Source of the DNA: Escherichia coli
GTDB lineage: Bacteria > Pseudomonadota > Gammaproteobacteria > Enterobacterales > Enterobacteriaceae
Assembly: GCF_044647545.1 (NCBI RefSeq)
Contig: NZ_CP172818.1
Reading direction: 5' to 3' (one strand)
DNA length: 64,000 nt
The notes beneath the pieces were generated by a model. The model was given only the letters and a program-made list of their open reading frames with translations, made no database searches and was not told where the DNA came from. This document shows positions 60,152 to 64,000 of the stretch, one piece after another. Made by a program: the position numbers and the translations under genes. The first letter of the stretch is position 1; the number at the start of each line of letters is the position of its first letter.

Positions 60152-61417
60152 ATGAGCAACAATGAATTCCATCAGCGTCGTCTTTCTGCTACCCCTCGCG
60201 GGGTTGGCGTGATGTGTAACTTCTTCGCCCAGTCGGCAGAAAACGCCATGCTGAAGGACGTAGAGGGCAACGAATACATCGATTTCGCCGCAGGCATTGC
60301 GGTGCTGAATATCGGGCATCGCCACCCTGATCTGGTCGCGGCGGTGGAGCAGCAATTGCAACAGTTTACCCACACGGCGTATCAGATTGTGCCGTACGAA
60401 AGCTACGTCACCCTGGCGGAGAAAATCAACGCCCTTGCCCCGGTGAGCGGGCAGGCTAAAACTGCGTTCTTCACCACCGGTGCGGAAGCGGTGGAGAACG
60501 CGGTGAAAATCGCCCGCGCCCATACCGGACGCCCTGGCGTGATTGCGTTTAGCGGCGGCTTCCACGGTCGTACATATATGACCATGGCGCTGACCGGAAA
60601 GGTCGCGCCGTACAAAATCGGCTTCGGCCCGTTCCCCGGTTCGGTATATCACGTACCTTATCCGACAGATTTACATGGCGTTTCAACGCAGGACTCTCTC
60701 GACGCCATCGAACGCTTGTTTAAATCGGACATTGAAGCGAAGCAGGTGGCGGCGATTATTTTCGAACCGGTGCAGGGCGAAGGCGGTTTCAACGTTGCAC
60801 CAAAAGAGCTGGTTGCCGCCATTCGCCGCCTGTGCGACGAGCACGGCATTGTGATGATTGCCGATGAAGTGCAAAGCGGCTTTGCGCGTACCGGTAAACT
60901 GTTTGCCATGGATCACTACGCCGATAAGCCGGACTTAATGACGATGGCGAAAAGCCTCGCGGGCGGCATGCCGCTTTCGGGCGTGGTCGGTAACGCGAAT
61001 ATTATGGACGCGCCCGCGCCGGGCGGGTTGGGTGGTACTTACGCCGGGAACCCGCTGGCGGTGGCTGCCGCGCACGCTGTGCTCAACATTATCGACAAAG
61101 AATCACTCTGTGAACGCGCGAATCAACTGGGCCAGCGCCTGACAAACACGTTGATTGATGCCAAAGAAAGCGTTCCGGCCATCGCGGCGGTACGCGGTCT
61201 GGGGTCTATGATTGCGGCAGAGTTTAACGATCCGCAAACGGGCGAGCCGTCAGCGGCGATTGCACAGAAAATCCAGCAACGCGCGCTGGCGCAGGGGCTG
61301 CTCCTGCTGACCTGTGGCGCATACGGCAACGTGATTCGTTTCCTGTATCCGCTGACCATCCCGGATGCGCAATTCGATGCGGCAATGAAAATTTTGCAGG
61401 ATGCGCTGAAAGATTAA
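60152..61417 (+). CDS. puuE: 4-aminobutyrate aminotransferase
   Basis: 421-aa class III PLP aminotransferase. Confidence 0.93.
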   Translation: MSNNEFHQRRLSATPRGVGVMCNFFAQSAENAMLKDVEGNEYIDFAAGIAVLNIGHRHPDLVAAVEQQLQQFTHTAYQIVPYESYVTLAEKINALAPVSGQAKTAFFTTGAEAVENAVKIARAHTGRPGVIAFSGGFHGRTYMTMALTGKVAPYKIGFGPFPGSVYHVPYPTDLHGVSTQDSLDAIERLFKSDIEAKQVAAIIFEPVQGEGGFNVAPKELVAAIRRLCDEHGIVMIADEVQSGFARTGKLFAMDHYADKPDLMTMAKSLAGGMPLSGVVGNANIMDAPAPGGLGGTYAGNPLAVAAAHAVLNIIDKESLCERANQLGQRLTNTLIDAKESVPAIAAVRGLGSMIAAEFNDPQTGEPSAAIAQKIQQRALAQGLLLLTCGAYGNVIRFLYPLTIPDAQFDAAMKILQDALKD

Positions 61418-61439
61418 TAGCCCAACGCAATAATGTCTA

Positions 61440-61520
61440 ATGCGCTGCGCTTATCAGGCCTGCAAACGACGTATTGATTATGTATGCCGGATAAAGCATT
61501 CACGCCGCATCCGGCAAGTT
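61440..61520. repeat. REP/BIME elements between puuE and pspF
   Basis: gcgctgcgcttatcaggcctgcaaac and inverted tgccggataaagcattcacgccgcatccggcaag. Confidence 0.75.
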
Positions 61521-61536
61521 GTATTGCCCAACTTCG

Positions 61537-62514
61537 CTAAATCTGGTGCTTTTTCAACAACGCGCGGAACTGATGATAGGTTAACCCCAGCAATTCAGCT
61601 GCGCGCTTCTGGTTATATTTCCCTTGTTGCAAACTGAGTTGCAGCAACTCTTTTTCCTGCTGCATCTGAAACTCACGTAAATCCAGCGGCAGTGTTGGAA
61701 GCGAGGTGATTTCTGAAACGGCGATAGCGTCTTCAGGCGGACGCCGTTTAAAGGGATCAATAATGATGTCATCAAGCGGATAATCGCTGGTGCCGTGGCG
61801 ATACACTGAACGTTCCACCACGTTTTTCAATTCACGAATATTTCCCGGCCAGCGATAATTCAGCAATGTTTCTCTGGCGCGCTCCGTAAAACCCGGGAAC
61901 AGAGGCAGCTTGATTTCCCGACACATCTGAATGGCAAAGTGTTCTGCCATCAGCATAATGTCGCTTTCGCGCTCGCGCAGGGGCGGCAGTTGCACTACAT
62001 CGAAAGCCAGCCGGTCGAGCAGGTCAGCGCGAAAAGTACCTTCATTGACCATCGCCGGGAGATCGGCATTCGTCGCGCATACCAACCGCACATTCACCTG
62101 CAATGGCTGGCTACCGCCAACGCGCTCCAGTTCACCGTACTCAATCACACGCAATAATTTTTCCTGCACCATCATCGGTGCCGTAGCGAGTTCATCAAGA
62201 AATAGCGTACCGCCATCGGCACGTTCAAATCTCCCAGGATGACGTTTTTGCGCACCGGTAAACGCCCCCGCTTCGTGACCAAACAGTTCGGAATCCAGCA
62301 GATTTTCATTTAACGCCGCGCAGTTAAGGGAAATAAACGGCCCTTGCCAACGGGAGGAGAGATAATGCAGACGGCTGGCAATCAGCTCTTTACCTGTGCC
62401 GCGCTCGCCGATGATGAGCACCGGTTTGTCCAGCGGTGCGAGATGCGAAACCTGTTCCAGCACTTCGAGAAAGCTGTTCGCCTCACCGAGTAAATTATCT
62501 TTGTATTCTGCCAT
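61537..62514 (-). CDS. pspF: Sigma54-dependent activator of the psp operon (AAA+ enhancer-binding protein)
   Basis: Start MAEYKDNLLGEANSFLEV (325 aa); Walker A GERGTGKE, GAFTGA motif, C-terminal HTH. Confidence 0.95.
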   Translation of the reverse strand: MAEYKDNLLGEANSFLEVLEQVSHLAPLDKPVLIIGERGTGKELIASRLHYLSSRWQGPFISLNCAALNENLLDSELFGHEAGAFTGAQKRHPGRFERADGGTLFLDELATAPMMVQEKLLRVIEYGELERVGGSQPLQVNVRLVCATNADLPAMVNEGTFRADLLDRLAFDVVQLPPLRERESDIMLMAEHFAIQMCREIKLPLFPGFTERARETLLNYRWPGNIRELKNVVERSVYRHGTSDYPLDDIIIDPFKRRPPEDAIAVSEITSLPTLPLDLREFQMQQEKELLQLSLQQGKYNQKRAAELLGLTYHQFRALLKKHQI

Positions 62515-62608
62515 GATGAAATTCGCCACTTGTTAGTGTAATTCGCTAATTCATCCTGGCATGTTGCTGTTGATTCTTCAATCAGATCTTTATAAATCAA
62601 AAAGATAA

Positions 62609-63349
<741 letters not shown>

Positions 63350-63402
63350 TAACATCCAGGCGGCGTCCGAACGCGCCGCCGCTCATCGTCTAAGGAGTCC
63401 TT

Positions 63403-63627
63403 ATGAGCGCGCTATTTCTGGCTATTCCGTTAACCATTTTTGTGCTGTTTGTTTTACCGATCTGGTTATGGCTGCATTACAGCAATCGTTCTGGTCGCAG
63501 TGAATTGTCGCAAAGTGAGCAGCAGCGATTAGCGCAACTGGCTGATGAAGCAAAACGGATGCGCGAACGTATTCAGGCGCTGGAATCCATTCTTGATGCA
63601 GAACATCCGAACTGGAGGGATCGCTAA
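63403..63627 (+). CDS. pspB: Phage shock protein B
   Basis: 74-aa single-TM protein. Confidence 0.95.
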   Translation: MSALFLAIPLTIFVLFVLPIWLWLHYSNRSGRSELSQSEQQRLAQLADEAKRMRERIQALESILDAEHPNWRDR

Positions 63628-63986
63628 TGGCGGGCATTAATCTCAATAAAAAATTATGGCGTATTCCACAGCAGGGCATGGTCCGTGGCGTCTGCGCCGG
63701 GATTGCCAACTATTTTGATGTACCAGTAAAACTGGTGCGTATCCTGGTGGTGCTGTCGATTTTCTTCGGTCTGGCGCTGTTTACCCTGGTTGCTTACATC
63801 ATTTTGTCATTTGCGCTTGATCCAATGCCGGACAACATGGCCTTTGGTGAGCAGCTACCTTCCAGCAGTGAATTGCTGGATGAAGTCGACCGTGAACTGG
63901 CGGCAAGTGAAACGCGTTTACGCGAGATGGAACGTTATGTCACTTCCGATACTTTCACGTTACGTAGCCGTTTCCGTCAACTGTGA
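63627..63986 (+). CDS. pspC: Phage shock protein C
   Basis: 119-aa ORF; start overlaps pspB stop. Confidence 0.95.
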   Translation: MAGINLNKKLWRIPQQGMVRGVCAGIANYFDVPVKLVRILVVLSIFFGLALFTLVAYIILSFALDPMPDNMAFGEQLPSSSELLDEVDRELAASETRLREMERYVTSDTFTLRSRFRQL

Positions 63987-63994
63987 GGAAAGTT

Positions 63995-64000
63995 ATGAAT
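63995..64000 (+). CDS. pspD: Phage shock protein D, first two codons only (partial at window end)
   Basis: ATG AAT with GAGGA SD 6 nt upstream, directly after the pspC stop. Confidence 0.5.

Overview
This window reads as a contiguous, gene-dense stretch of Escherichia coli-type core chromosome (the K-12 opp-trp-topA-acnA-sap-puu-psp neighbourhood), assigned by recognising the six-frame translations and gene order from memory, not by any search. Order: oppD(3' end)-oppF, yciU, clsA, kch, yciI, tonB, yciA, yciB, yciC, ompW, yciE(disrupted)-yciF-yciG, trpA-B-C-D-E-trpL with attenuator and promoter/operator, yciV, yciO, yciQ, rluB, btuR, yciK, sohB, yciN, topA, cysB, ymiA, yciX, acnA, ribA, pgpB, lapA, lapB, pyrF, yciH, osmB, yciT, yciZ, pdeR, rnb, yciW, fabI, ycjD, sapF-D-C-B-A, ymjA, puuP, puuA, puuD-R-C-B-E, pspF, pspA-B-C and the first codons of pspD. 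I see no rRNA, tRNA, CRISPR array, IS element, integrase or prophage-like gene, and no foreign gene island, so I do not find an undescribed multi-gene system here. The one stretch the known gene map does not explain is a ~410 bp almost pure poly(A) block between the convergent rluB and btuR genes (22054-22466); it is most likely an artefact or engineered insertion and needs read-level verification. Second is yciE, which carries both an in-frame stop and a 1-bp frameshift while its operon partners yciF and yciG are intact. Minor observations: a pentamer tandem repeat in the yciG leader, a small-protein cluster upstream of acnA, and GC-rich repeats with a duplicated ycjD 3' end. Several ORF-track entries are N-terminally over-extended; starts were trimmed to the Met/Val matching the known protein N-terminus. 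Coordinates of hand-placed small features may be off by 1-2 nt.
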